In this document: positions 8,703 through 20,800 of the stretch, piece by piece
How the letters are laid out: every line of letters begins with the position of its first letter
Numbering within the stretch: the first letter of the stretch is position 1
Virus record (IMG/VR): IMGVR_UViG_3300034073_003340
Coordinates: 62,001 to 126,000 of that record
Length of the DNA: 64,000 bases
Strand: one strand, 5' to 3'
Made by a program: the position numbers and the translations under genes
The notes under the pieces: generated by a model
The model's database searches: none
Seen by the model: only the letters and a program-made list of their open reading frames with translations
Told to the model about the DNA's origin: nothing

Positions 8703-11700
8703 ATGTCACAATCAAACCGCCAGAGTGAACTATTCGCTGGTAACGACTGGCTTGCTGCCTATCGTGCGTTCACTGAGGTAAATCTGAACGCATTTGACTT
8801 TAACACCATTCGTAGTGCGATGGTGGAATATATCCGTCGTAACTACCCAGAAGACTTCAATGACTGGATTGAATCCAGTGAATTTGTGGCTTTAATTGAT
8901 CTGCTGGCATATCTTGGCCAATCTTTGGCATTTAGAACTGATATCAATGCTCGAGAAAACTTTCTTGATGCCGCGCGTCGTCGTGAGTCTATTCTGCGAC
9001 TGGCTAGATCACTATCCTACAATGCTAAAAGAAACTATCCAGCTCGAGGATTGGTAAAACTTACCGAAATCCGTTCTACTTTTGATGTCTACAACTCAAC
9101 TGGTAGAAACCTGAATAATATTGCTATTAGATGGGACGACCCAAACAATCCGGATTGGTTTGAACAATGGGTCATAGTTCTCAATGCTTCTTTGATAGAA
9201 ACCAATCCGTTTGGTGTTCCTTTGAAGACGGAAAATATTGATGGCGTTGAAACTCAACTCTATCGAGTTGACAACGTTCCTACCACCGCGGGTAATTATC
9301 CCTTTAGTGCCACCGTCAATAACCAGTCATACAATTTTGATATCTGTAACGCAGATTTTAATACATCATATGGTTTCGTTGAAAGAGAGCCTGATCCAAA
9401 CGGGCCATTCCATCTAATTTACCGTTCAGATGGTAATGGTAATAGTTCTCCCAACACTGGATTCTTTTTGTATTTCAAGCAAGGAACGCTTCAGAAAAGT
9501 GATTTTTCAATAAGTGAGCCACAAGAAAACAGATCTATTTTCATTGATACTACTGGTATCAATGAAACTGACGTTTGGGTCCAATCGGTTGATGATTTTG
9601 GTTCGCTAATCCCAGATGGTTCGTGGACGAGGGTTGGGCATGTTCCAAGTGATGATATTGTAAAAGTTCTGCTGACAACTGAGAATATCACCTACAATTC
9701 AATTGATGTAGATGTTCAGAACATTTTCCAAGTTGTCACACAAGAGCAAGATCGTATTGCTCTAAGATTTGGAGACGGACGATTTGGTCTTTCACCAGTT
9801 GGTAACCTACGAATCTGGTATCGTGTCTCAGCAAACCAGAATCTAAATATTCGCCCTGAAGATATGCAGGGTCTAGCTATCAATGTCCCGTTTTTTGCTC
9901 GCAACAATACGCAAAAGCGTCTGACCTTGACCTTCTCTCTTCAAGAGGCTGTCAACAACGGAGTCAATAGTGAGAGTAATGCCGATGTTAGACGTAGGGC
10001 CGCTCGTGTTTACGGAACGCAGGGGCGCATGGTTAGTGCTTCTGACTATAATGAACTGCCAGTCCAGACAAATCTAGCAGTACGTCTAAAAGCCGTCAAC
10101 CGAGTCTACTCGGGTCAAAGTCGTTTTATTGATTTGAACGACCCAACCGGTAACTATCAGAATACTAAAGTTTTTGCTGACGATGGTGCGTTCTATCTAC
10201 TGGAGAAAAACGAATCTCAAGAAGTGTCTCAGACAGTTGCCAGCGTTGAAGAAATGATCACCAAATATATTGCTGATGTTGCCGCAAGTGTTGCTCTTCG
10301 AGATTTCTACAGTAACTGGCTTTATAAGAGTCTTCCTACTGGAACGGATATCTATCTACCTTCGTTCAATCGTTTTTCCAACGACTATACCGCCAAATCA
10401 GATGTACGTCGTGAAGTGCGAGAGAATTTAGAACTGAATAGAACTTTTGCTCTCGGGTTTAATAACGAACCCGGCGAAGGCTGGTATGTATTGACCTCCA
10501 GCGAAGTCAATCCTGATCTGGATGATCCTTATGAATTCGTATCAACCGCATCACCAGGACCTAATAGCTGGTTGATTCATGTTGAATTTAACAACAATTT
10601 CTGGAGAATCACTAACAGAGGTCTCAATTATGTTTTTGAGTCAGAGAGGGATTGTAAGTTCTTCTTTGTTAGTGAATACAAAAGCATTGACCCTAACACT
10701 GGAAGGGCAGGTGCAGATACTGTCAATCTTTTGAAGTCACCAAATAACTTCAAGGGTGTTGTTTTGACCAACAATGAAGGCGGCCAAAACAGATTGACTT
10801 CAGATTTGATTTTGAAACTTGAAGATCCATTCATTTACGATGATGGTTTCCACGAGCCATCAAGAGTGAAGGTTCGCTTTAACGATCGCCAATCTGATGG
10901 TATCCCAGATGTTCCTTTCACATATCAGGCTTTGAAAAATATCAGTACAGATGACCAGGGTCGTTTAAATCAATTGGCCATAGTTCATTTGAATACCACT
11001 GACACAGATGGATATCCAGTTCAGCGCCTTATCAAGCGACTTGAACCAGATATCACTCAACTCCTCCCAGGTGAATATGGGTATGTGGAGAGAATAGATA
11101 ACGGAAATGTAGTGGATATCTATAAAGGTAATCCTGGATATTTGATCCCTAGAGTTGATGATATCGTTGGTAACTCACTTCGTCTAAATGAACAGCCTAC
11201 TGACTATTTGGTAGATGGACGCTCATTTACTCTAAGAGAAGGCGTAAACAATTTGGTCTATCAATGGAATCACTTTGCTCCAAGTAGTCATCGTATTGAT
11301 CCGGCTATTTCCAATATCGTTGATATTTTTGTTCTCACCAGAGAATATAATGACGCAATGATAAGTTGGCGAAATGCTGGTGCCAATCCGGCTGATATGC
11401 CAAAGGCACCAAGTGAGTTGAATTTGAGAACCACATTCAATCCTCTAGAGGAATTCAAGATGTTCTCTGATGAGATAGTCTGGCGTCCTGTTAAGTTCAA
11501 ACTTCTTTTTGGACAAAGCGCAGAGCCTCAGTTTAGAAGCAAGTTCAAAATTGTAAAGTTGGCAGGAACTTCAATGTCTGATGGTGAGATCAAATCCAGA
11601 GTGATCGAAGCCGTGCGAGATTTCTTCGAAGTAAATAACTGGGACTTTGGTGAGACATTCTTCTTTTCCGAGTTAGGTGCCTACATTCACAGGCAGTTAG

Positions 11701-11867
11701 CAACGGCAATCTCGAGTGTGGAACTTGTCCCAGTCTTGAATGATAGCTATTTTGGTAACCTGCGTGAAATTAGATGTGCTCCTGATGAGCTGTTCTTCGC
11801 AACCGCGCAAGTAAGTGATGTAGATATTATCACTGCGAATACCCCGACAAACCTTAGGATTAGGTAA
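8703..11867 (+). CDS. Baseplate wedge subunit, gp6-like
   Basis: DFNTIRSAMVEY..DLLAY..ENFLDAARRRESILRLA..FGDGRFG..RMVSASDY. Confidence 0.85.
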   Translation: MSQSNRQSELFAGNDWLAAYRAFTEVNLNAFDFNTIRSAMVEYIRRNYPEDFNDWIESSEFVALIDLLAYLGQSLAFRTDINARENFLDAARRRESILRLARSLSYNAKRNYPARGLVKLTEIRSTFDVYNSTGRNLNNIAIRWDDPNNPDWFEQWVIVLNASLIETNPFGVPLKTENIDGVETQLYRVDNVPTTAGNYPFSATVNNQSYNFDICNADFNTSYGFVEREPDPNGPFHLIYRSDGNGNSSPNTGFFLYFKQGTLQKSDFSISEPQENRSIFIDTTGINETDVWVQSVDDFGSLIPDGSWTRVGHVPSDDIVKVLLTTENITYNSIDVDVQNIFQVVTQEQDRIALRFGDGRFGLSPVGNLRIWYRVSANQNLNIRPEDMQGLAINVPFFARNNTQKRLTLTFSLQEAVNNGVNSESNADVRRRAARVYGTQGRMVSASDYNELPVQTNLAVRLKAVNRVYSGQSRFIDLNDPTGNYQNTKVFADDGAFYLLEKNESQEVSQTVASVEEMITKYIADVAASVALRDFYSNWLYKSLPTGTDIYLPSFNRFSNDYTAKSDVRREVRENLELNRTFALGFNNEPGEGWYVLTSSEVNPDLDDPYEFVSTASPGPNSWLIHVEFNNNFWRITNRGLNYVFESERDCKFFFVSEYKSIDPNTGRAGADTVNLLKSPNNFKGVVLTNNEGGQNRLTSDLILKLEDPFIYDDGFHEPSRVKVRFNDRQSDGIPDVPFTYQALKNISTDDQGRLNQLAIVHLNTTDTDGYPVQRLIKRLEPDITQLLPGEYGYVERIDNGNVVDIYKGNPGYLIPRVDDIVGNSLRLNEQPTDYLVDGRSFTLREGVNNLVYQWNHFAPSSHRIDPAISNIVDIFVLTREYNDAMISWRNAGANPADMPKAPSELNLRTTFNPLEEFKMFSDEIVWRPVKFKLLFGQSAEPQFRSKFKIVKLAGTSMSDGEIKSRVIEAVRDFFEVNNWDFGETFFFSELGAYIHRQLATAISSVELVPVLNDSYFGNLREIRCAPDELFFATAQVSDVDIITANTPTNLRIR

Positions 11868-14800
11868 TGGCCAATAATACTCGTAATAACCCGTTTGCTT
11901 TCACACCAATTGTCTTGGATCAAGACTCACATGAAAAGCGTCGAGTTATCAGACAACTTCCTGCCGTTCACCAGACGGAGACTCTACAGAAGTTCTTTGG
12001 ATCTTCTGTTGATCATTTGTTTGATCCCGGCAAGGGTAAGCCTATTAACGGCTATGTGGGTCAAAAGCCACTATGGTATGAACCAGATCAGGACTATTAC
12101 CTTGAAGAATCAACTGACGATAGAAACTTCTATCAGCTTGAAGCTAGTATGGTCAGTAAGAATTCAGAAGGCGAACTAACTGATCTTCTTCCCTACCCTG
12201 ATCTAATCAATCAGTTGCGCTTCCAAGGTGCTCTGGTGAACAATCACCATAGATTGTTCTCACAGGATTTTTATACCTGGTGTCCTCCTATTGATTTGGA
12301 CAAAATTGTCAACTTCCGACAGTATGTATGGCTTCCCTCAGATGGACCTGAGATTGTCAATAATGCCATCATTATCAAGGGACCTACTGTATCATATAAC
12401 AGCTCTGGAAATGATACGACATTTGACCTTCCGGGATATGACAATACCGGAAATGCTTCTCTTCAGGCTTTCTATGACATATCAGTTCTAACTTCAGATC
12501 TAATTGTTGCTGAAGTCGATGGTGAGCCAAGACCATTTTCCTATGTGTCAGGCCAGACCACTATTACTTTTGACCAGAGGCCACCAGCTGACGCATCGGT
12601 ATCAATTTCCGTATATAGTGATCTAGAAAATAATGCGATTGGGTTACCAAATGCTGATCCAGCTGCGTTTGGTGGAATTTCTCTGAGCTCTGGTATGCGA
12701 GTAATTGTCCTCAATGACAAGAATAGCGACTTCAGCCCAGACGACGTTTTCATTGTTGAAGGCGTTGGTCAGAGCATTTTTCTATTGAACGAAAAGGACT
12801 ATGTGGGAGACTCGCTGTCTGATTACATGGTTATGGCTCGTGGTGCCACAAATCGTAACGAGTGGTCAACTGGAAATCGCTGGTTCCATGTCTCAACTCT
12901 GCCGTCAAATCTAGATCCTGACTTTGTTCTGAGACAGAGAGCAAAACGTCCAATCATTGAATTTAATCGTGATCTAGAACTACACAACTATGGTCTGCGT
13001 CGTCGACTTGATGTGGATCTGGTTATAGAGGATATTGAAGACTTAAACGGATATCTAAACCAGAATCCACAGAATGCGGTATTCTCTGGAATATCAGTAT
13101 CCTGCGTGGCCAACAGCCAGATCAATGTAACCGCTATCAATCCGGCTACCAACGCGCCATATGGTAACGTTGATAGCATTAGAGTTCTTGTACGCAATAC
13201 CGTCAATCCGCTACTGAATAATAATATCTTGGTTCTGGTAAACCAAGGTAATGTTCTAAAGCTGATTTTGGAAACTGATGGTGAGAATCCGTCTGGAGAA
13301 CCAGTGGATGGGGAAGTAGTAAAGATCCTCCTAGGTTTCTATGCAGGTAAAAATCTAAACTGGAATGGAGTGAATTGGGTTCTAAGTCAGAATAAAGGGG
13401 ATGTGAACCAGTATCCTCTATTTGAGCTGTATGATTTGAATGGTAATAATCTGGCAGATCCTGTTCTTTATCCTAACTCCACCTTTGCTGGCTCTAGGCT
13501 ATTTTCTTACAAAGAGGATCGATCAGGCCTACGTCCTTCCGATCCAATTCTCGATATGCCTTTGGTGTATGATAACAAGGGTCAAATCCTGTTTGAAAAC
13601 TATCTCAGCACTGAGAGATATCAGTATGTGATCGCTGGGAGATTTCTTGATATTGATGGATTTTATTTCCATAAGATTGGCAATATTGATCCTTCTCTGG
13701 AGACTTTGAGTAACGATTGGCATAAAGCGCCACAAAAAACTCGCCAGTTTATGGTCGATCGCTATGTTAGCGATGGTAGAACCAAATTGTTCCAGATCAG
13801 CCAAGACGCTTTGGAAATTTCAGTTTCCAGAGGTAGGGTCAATACTGATGGTTCTTTTGAACAAACCGCACTGGTCGAAGATAGCGACTTCATTCGTGTT
13901 GATAGACAGATCTTCATTCTCAACATTCAGTTGGGTGACATAATTGAGATCAGAACTTTCAATCCTGCGAATCCACCGGCTGATGCTAAGGGATTTTATG
14001 AGGTTCCTTTGAATCTCCAAGCTAACCCGGATAATGCCGAAGTCTCGGACATGACTAAAGGTGATTTCTATGATCACTTCTCAGAAATCATGAAGAGGCA
14101 GGATGGATTCCAAGGTGCTGAATATTCAACCAACAACTATCGAGACACTGCTAAGCTTCCTAATTTGGGAACCAACATAATCCAACACTCTGCCGGTTTG
14201 TTGAAGACAATGTTGCTGGCAAGCCAGAGTCAGCTGGACATCACTTCAGCAATTCGCTTTGTTGAATCAGAATATGCTCGCTTCAAGGACAAGTTCCAAC
14301 AGCGAATTCTATCATATGTTGCCAATAATCGTATTGGTAATGCCGCCACTTATGACACTTGGATCAATACCGCTCTTACTGAACTGAACAAAGGTAAAAC
14401 CAAGAGTTTTCCATTCTATCTAAGCGGTATGGCGAAGAACGGGACCAATCAGCTTCCTACCTTTATTCCTCCTACCCCAAGTTTTCTCGGGGTATATCCC
14501 CTATACGCTCCTGAGATCATCTCTCAGGAGGTCGACGGTGCTGACGATGTCTGGTTCGTAAGAGGCCATGATGGTTCTCTTACACAGGGACAGAACGAAA
14601 CAGTAGCCAGGGTTCTACTTGCTTTGGAGCAAAGAATCTTTGATAGTGTCCCTGCTGCGATTCGAGAGCGCGAACGTCCAGTTTGCGATTACCAAGCAGC
14701 TTACGGCGATCAGTATCGTCGCAACGACTATTCATATGAAGAATACCTTCAGATCCTTCGTCCGTCCTTTGAACGCTGGGTGGTAGCGTTTAGGCTTGAT

Positions 14801-17800
14801 CCAAGAGAAAATGATCTTGGACAAGATACTTTGGAGTCAAAGATCAACCTAAAAGCCAATCCATGGACCTGGAACTGGTCTTCTACCAGAACCGCTGCCG
14901 GTGAAAAGGTTCCAGGTAATTGGCGTGGTATCTATGAAAAGTTCTTTGGTACTCAACGACCTGACTTGACTCCTTGGGAGTCACTGGGTTTTTCGATCAA
15001 GCCTGCTTGGTGGGATGATCGATATGGTCCTGCTCCATACACTAGCGAAAATTTGGTTCTTTGGGAAGATCTAGAGCGTGGATATATCCACGACGGTGAT
15101 AGAAAAGGTATCAATACCGAATGGGCACGCCCTGGTCTTCGTGACTATATGCCGGTTGATGCTCGAGGTCGATTGCGCCATCCTGGTCCTCGTGAACTCA
15201 TTGCTTTGAACGAGGTCACCGTTGATACTGACCTAGCTTATGCGACTGATCCTTTGATGTGGGAAGACACCAGAGACGATGGTGTGTTGGGATGTGGTAT
15301 CTGTACTTCCGTTCCTTTGGTCCAAGAACGCAAAGCCGATTGGGAATGGGGAGATATTGGCCCAGTTGAGCAGACTTGGAGAAGAACCAGTAACTTCGCT
15401 TTTGCGGCATCTACTGCGGGCTATTTGATGAAGCCAGCAAGTTTTGTTGAAATGGGTTGGAACACTCAAGACATGAGCCTGTTTTTCAAAGGCACCATGG
15501 GTGAACAGTATCTTAATCAAGATACCAAAGGTCGCCCTGCCCACCGTGCTTTACAGGTCCATGGTGAGGTCCTAGAGGACTTTAGTCTGGTAACCAAGGT
15601 TGGTATCCAGCAATGGATAAGTGATTTTCTCACCAGCAGAAACACCTCAATTAATAGTAATCTTGCTGAAAGAGTAAGAGGTCTTGGAACTCAGCTAAGC
15701 TATAAGATTGCCGGTTTCACTGACTCGACTACTCTTGGTGTGGTAAGTGATGCGTTTGGTAGAGTTCCTAGTGAGGACGTTACCGTAGCTCTGTTTAGAA
15801 GTCCTAGCGTTCGTGAAGAAACCTATAGCGGTGTTGCCATTGAATATACTGGTCGTGGTTATGAAGTCTTTGGATACGATGTATTGAATCCTTACTTTTC
15901 CACACTGCCCCCTGCTATAAACGGTGGTAAGATCAGTGTTGGTGATGGTCTAGGTAGCGTATCTATTCCATCATGGCGTCCAACTACCTATTTCAGTGTT
16001 GGTATCACGGTTAGATATCAGGACAACTTTTATCGAGCAGTAAGAACTCATACTTCAGCTACATTTTTTGAAGATGAATTTTGGACGCAAGTGGCTCGTC
16101 CACAGTTTGCTGACGGCTCTGCTTTGATTTGGTATACCGATGGTGAAATTGAACCAATAGTAGAAAAGGTTTCCTATGGAACCGTCTTCAAAGACCCGCA
16201 GGAAGTTGCCAATTTCTTGAACGGATATGAACGTTATTTGGAATCCAAGGGTTGGATTTTTGAGAACGTTGGCGAGGATGAGTTGGAGGTTCGAGATTGG
16301 AAATCTGCTCTAAGAAGCTTTATTACATGGAGTGGTGCCGATGCTAGAGCAGCTGGTGATTTTATCAGCTTGAGTCCAGCAAGTCGCATGGTCCAATTCT
16401 CTACGGATCAAGGAACTATCCAACCAATCGAGCAGATCGTAAATGGTCTGTATGCCATTGTGGATCAGAATGGTCAACCAATAGACAACCAGTTGACTAG
16501 GGTTGTTCGTAATGACGGCAATGTGAGTATCACATGCGACAACTCGACGTCTGGTATATTCGGTCTTCGTCTCTATATAAGCGAGATGGAGCATGTTCTA
16601 GTATTCAATAATACAACTATCTTTGGTGACACCATTTATAGTCCTTTGTTGAATATCAAGCAGCCAAGACTACGTCTACAAGGCTTCAAGACAGTTGCTT
16701 GGAAGGGTAGAATTGACGCTCCTGGTTTCATCATTACTGGTGACACTTTGACACCAAACTTTGAACGATCAGCAGATGATTTCCGTAGATTCTTTGACAT
16801 TGAATCTATGGAAAACAAGAAGCTACAGGATCGCGCCCGCGCAAACTTTGGCTATGAGGAAAAGGAATATCTGAATAATCTACTACTGACTCCAACCAAT
16901 CAGTTTGAGTTCTATCAGGGTATGATCCAACAAAAGGGTTCTCCCACCTCTATGCGTCGTTTGCTGCGCTCAAACTTCATTCGTCACAATAAGGGTCTAC
17001 GTCTTTTTGAAGAATGGGCATTTCGTGTAGGTGATTATGGAGGTCAAGAGGTCGCACCACAGCTTGACATCTTGATCCGTCAAAGTGAATTCAAGCACAA
17101 CCCTCAGTTGATTCAGTTCAGTAACAGCCAGTCTCCAAATTCGTTTGGTATAATTGATGTCATTGATGAAAACGTAGGACAGGATAATCGAACTTTAGAT
17201 GGTCGTTGGCAATGGCGCCCAGATATGCAGAGCATCAATTGGCCACTAGCTGATTTTGGACAAGGCGACACTCCTCTACCAACTGCTGGCTACGTGAATC
17301 TAAGCGAAGTTCGCTTCACTGTTGCTACTGACTCTGATTTTGAAAACTTCTTTGGTGATCAAGAAGCCACTGAGGATCCAATTGAAAATGGTGATCGCGT
17401 ATGGGTCTACGGTATTGGTAACGGAGACCCAAGCACCGCCTGGATGACCTATAGATTCACTGACACCAACTATGACATGGTGAACTCCTTTGTTCCTTCC
17501 CATGTGGACCAGGGTGTTATCATTCAAGTTCAAAATGATCTACAAGGTATTGTTGATATCAATACTGACCCCACTCAGACACCTGTGTTTGTGGCTCAGA
17601 ATCTAGTTTCCAATGAAACCGATGATAATGGTATCGTGGTTTCTGGGGAACGTCTGATACTAAAAGATATAGTGGGATCAGATATCAATCCATTGGCGAC
17701 CTATATTCCCAAGATTTCTAACCGTGCTAGTGTGACACTGGATTCCACTGTTGGATCTGAAACCTTTATCATGAGTTTCTATCCGGAAGCCAAGCAGATC

Positions 17801-20800
17801 ATCCGCAAGGTTCGAGTAACGATTGAAGAAGCCTTTACAGAAGGTTCCACTTTACAAATTGGCCATACTGGAAATCCTGGCTTATTTGTCAACGTCAGAG
17901 AAGAAGCCGATCGCGGTATTTTCCCAACTAACTTTGACCAAGAGCAGGTTTTGATTCAAACTCCGGCTCTATCCTATATGCCACCAAATGTGACCACCGC
18001 CGATGTAAATCTAGTAAGGGTAGGTCGTGTAGGAAACTTCTGTGCTCAGACAATAGTTGAGTGGGAGTGGGTGAGAGCAAGTGACAACCAGTCATTCACT
18101 GGGCAGGTGACTTACATGCGCCCAAGTGATTATGATTCCTCTAGAGATCAAACTGAAGCTTATCTACAGACTATTAGAGTTCCAGTATTGGCGGAGGATG
18201 TTGTAGGAGGTAGCGAAGGAACTCTCACCATCAGAACCAATGGAGTTCAAACTGATACTCAGGTATTAAGATTTGAGCGATCCACTAGTGCTCGTTTGAA
18301 CTTTGTGGATCTTACTCGAACTGGCTCTTATGAATTTGATAGTGTAAACTTCTCAGTTTTCCCTTGGGACTCAAACCTCGCCGGTGAAAATCGTGATATG
18401 ATTGCTACTCTATTCAACACTGGTTCAAATGGATCAGTTAAAATTGAAGTAGATTATCACTACATGAAGGGATTTGAGTTAACAGAATCTATCAACGGTT
18501 CAGTTGTTCCGGTTATTGCTTCTTCTGAAGGAGGAACTGCTAACCTCTTCACATGGGTCAAAACCCGTTATCCTACGCTTTCAGGCATGCCTGAAAGCCT
18601 GTTTGAGGTTGGTGATTTAATTGAAGTAGATTCAGCGCATGATAACCCTGGATATTGGGCGGTTTATTCTCGTTCAACTTCAGGTTGGGATCAAATCAGA
18701 CGACAAAACCGCAAGGTGGATAGTAGCCTGATTACCAATGCGGCGATCTTCAACAACAAGGAAAACCAACTCAAGCTAGTTCTTCAACTCTATGATCCTT
18801 ACAAGGGCTTCATCCCAGGAGTAGCTGATCGTGAGTTGACTTATAAGACTTTCAACGACCCGGCGACCTATAATGATGGTCGACTAATATGGGGCAAGGA
18901 ACAGGTAGGCCAACTATGGTGGGATCTGAGTGCCGTCAGATATCTCGATTATGAAATCTATGATAGATGGAATGGTAGTGACCATGAAGGTGTTACCTAT
19001 CGCTGGAAGAACTGGGGTAAGGTTGCTCCTAACTCCAGCGTTGATATCTACCAGTGGGTTAGAAGTCCAGTAGCACCCAATGGATGGGCAGATTTTGTTG
19101 AAAGTAAGGCAAATCTAAAGATTGATAATAAGCCGTCTGGCACCGTTTCCGAGGATTCCAAGTTTATAACTGACATGGAATGGAATGAAGAAATTCAAGC
19201 GGACGAAACTGTTTACTATTTCTGGGTTAAGAACCCCACGGTAGTGCCAACTTTGGCCTCTAGGAAACTTTCAGCTCAGCAGGTAAGCAACATTCTTACT
19301 AACCCTACTTCAAACGATATTCCCTTCTTTGCGGTCATTGACACCAACAAATGTATTGTTGGTGGTATCAAGCAGTTCTTGAATGAGACTGATACAGTTC
19401 TAAAAATCAAGTGGCTCAAGGAAGCTGACGTCCATAACAACCACCATAAACAGTGGATGCTACTGCGAGAGCAAGATGAGCGTAATACCATAAATGATAC
19501 GCTTTGGAACAAAATGCGAGATAGCATTGTGGGATGGGACGCAACTGAGAAGTCAGTTCCTGACGAAAAGCTTCCAAAGAATCAACAAATTGGAGCACTG
19601 GTCCGTCCAAGACAAAGTTGGTATCCGGCAGATATTACGGATCTAGGTCAGAGACCTAGCCGCGCCGCGCGCGCCGCGTTTGTTGATGCGTTCAATGATA
19701 TAATGAGCAAACAGCCATTTATCGACCAGTGGTTTGGTTGGGAAGAGGTATTTGATAATGGCGAAGCATTACCTTCGGCTGACAGATATGTAACGACCGC
19801 TCTTGATCTTATCGACTTGAGAAACCTTCTACCTGCTACCCGTAATATGGTCCAGGTCGGGGAGTGTGTTCTTATTGAAAATACAATGGAAGTTGCCGGT
19901 TTCTGGACTCTGTGGAGACTTGCTGAAATCAACGGCCAAAGAACATTTGTCATTGAAGACTTCCAGAAATGGAGAATGCAGGAAGGTGAGCTCTGGAATC
20001 TTGCTAACTGGTATGCGGAGGGTTGGAGTGCCAGTAACTTCCCTAACTATAGATTTGCCACTTATGCTGATCGTGACGCCGCCGGTAACCTAGACGTTAC
20101 CTTGCTCAAGGGAACCTTAGTCCAGGTCGACGTCCAGAGTCCTACTGATGACCGATGGTCATGGGATGTTTATACATCTACGTCTAAGTATCAGGTAGCT
20201 AAGGCTCGTTCTACGATGCGTCTAACTGAAGCGTTTTATGATAAGAGTAGAGTTGAATTTGGACCAGTTCAGGTAAATGGTCTTCTCAACGCTAGCGACG
20301 ATAATCGCATTACTCCTGAAAGAATTCAGGAGTTGGCAGATTTGATCAACTTCCGCGACGGTTCAAGAGAAATAGAATTCATCTTGAATACTATGAGGAC
20401 CAAGCTGTTTGATTCCCTACAAAAGAATAATCTATTCTTTGCTATGGTTAAGAGCGCATTCAAACAGAGTATCAATATCGACTGGGCATTCAAGACTTCA
20501 TTCTTGTATCTTGGTGGCTATTCAGAAAATCTAAGACAAAGCCCAGTGGCGTTCAAAGATCAGATTGATAACGTTATTGCGTATCTGGAAGAGGTGAAAC
20601 CTTACCACGTTAAGATTCGCGAATATGTTCGTCGATTGAGCTATGGACCAGATTTGGCCGCTTTGGCTATGACTGATTTTGACAAGCCGGTTTACCCGTC
20701 AGGGACGTCAAATAGAGTTCTGGATGTAAACAACACGGTTGATCGCTCTATTATGGAAATCAACCGTCCTTGGAGAGACTGGTTTGAAAACTATCTCAAT

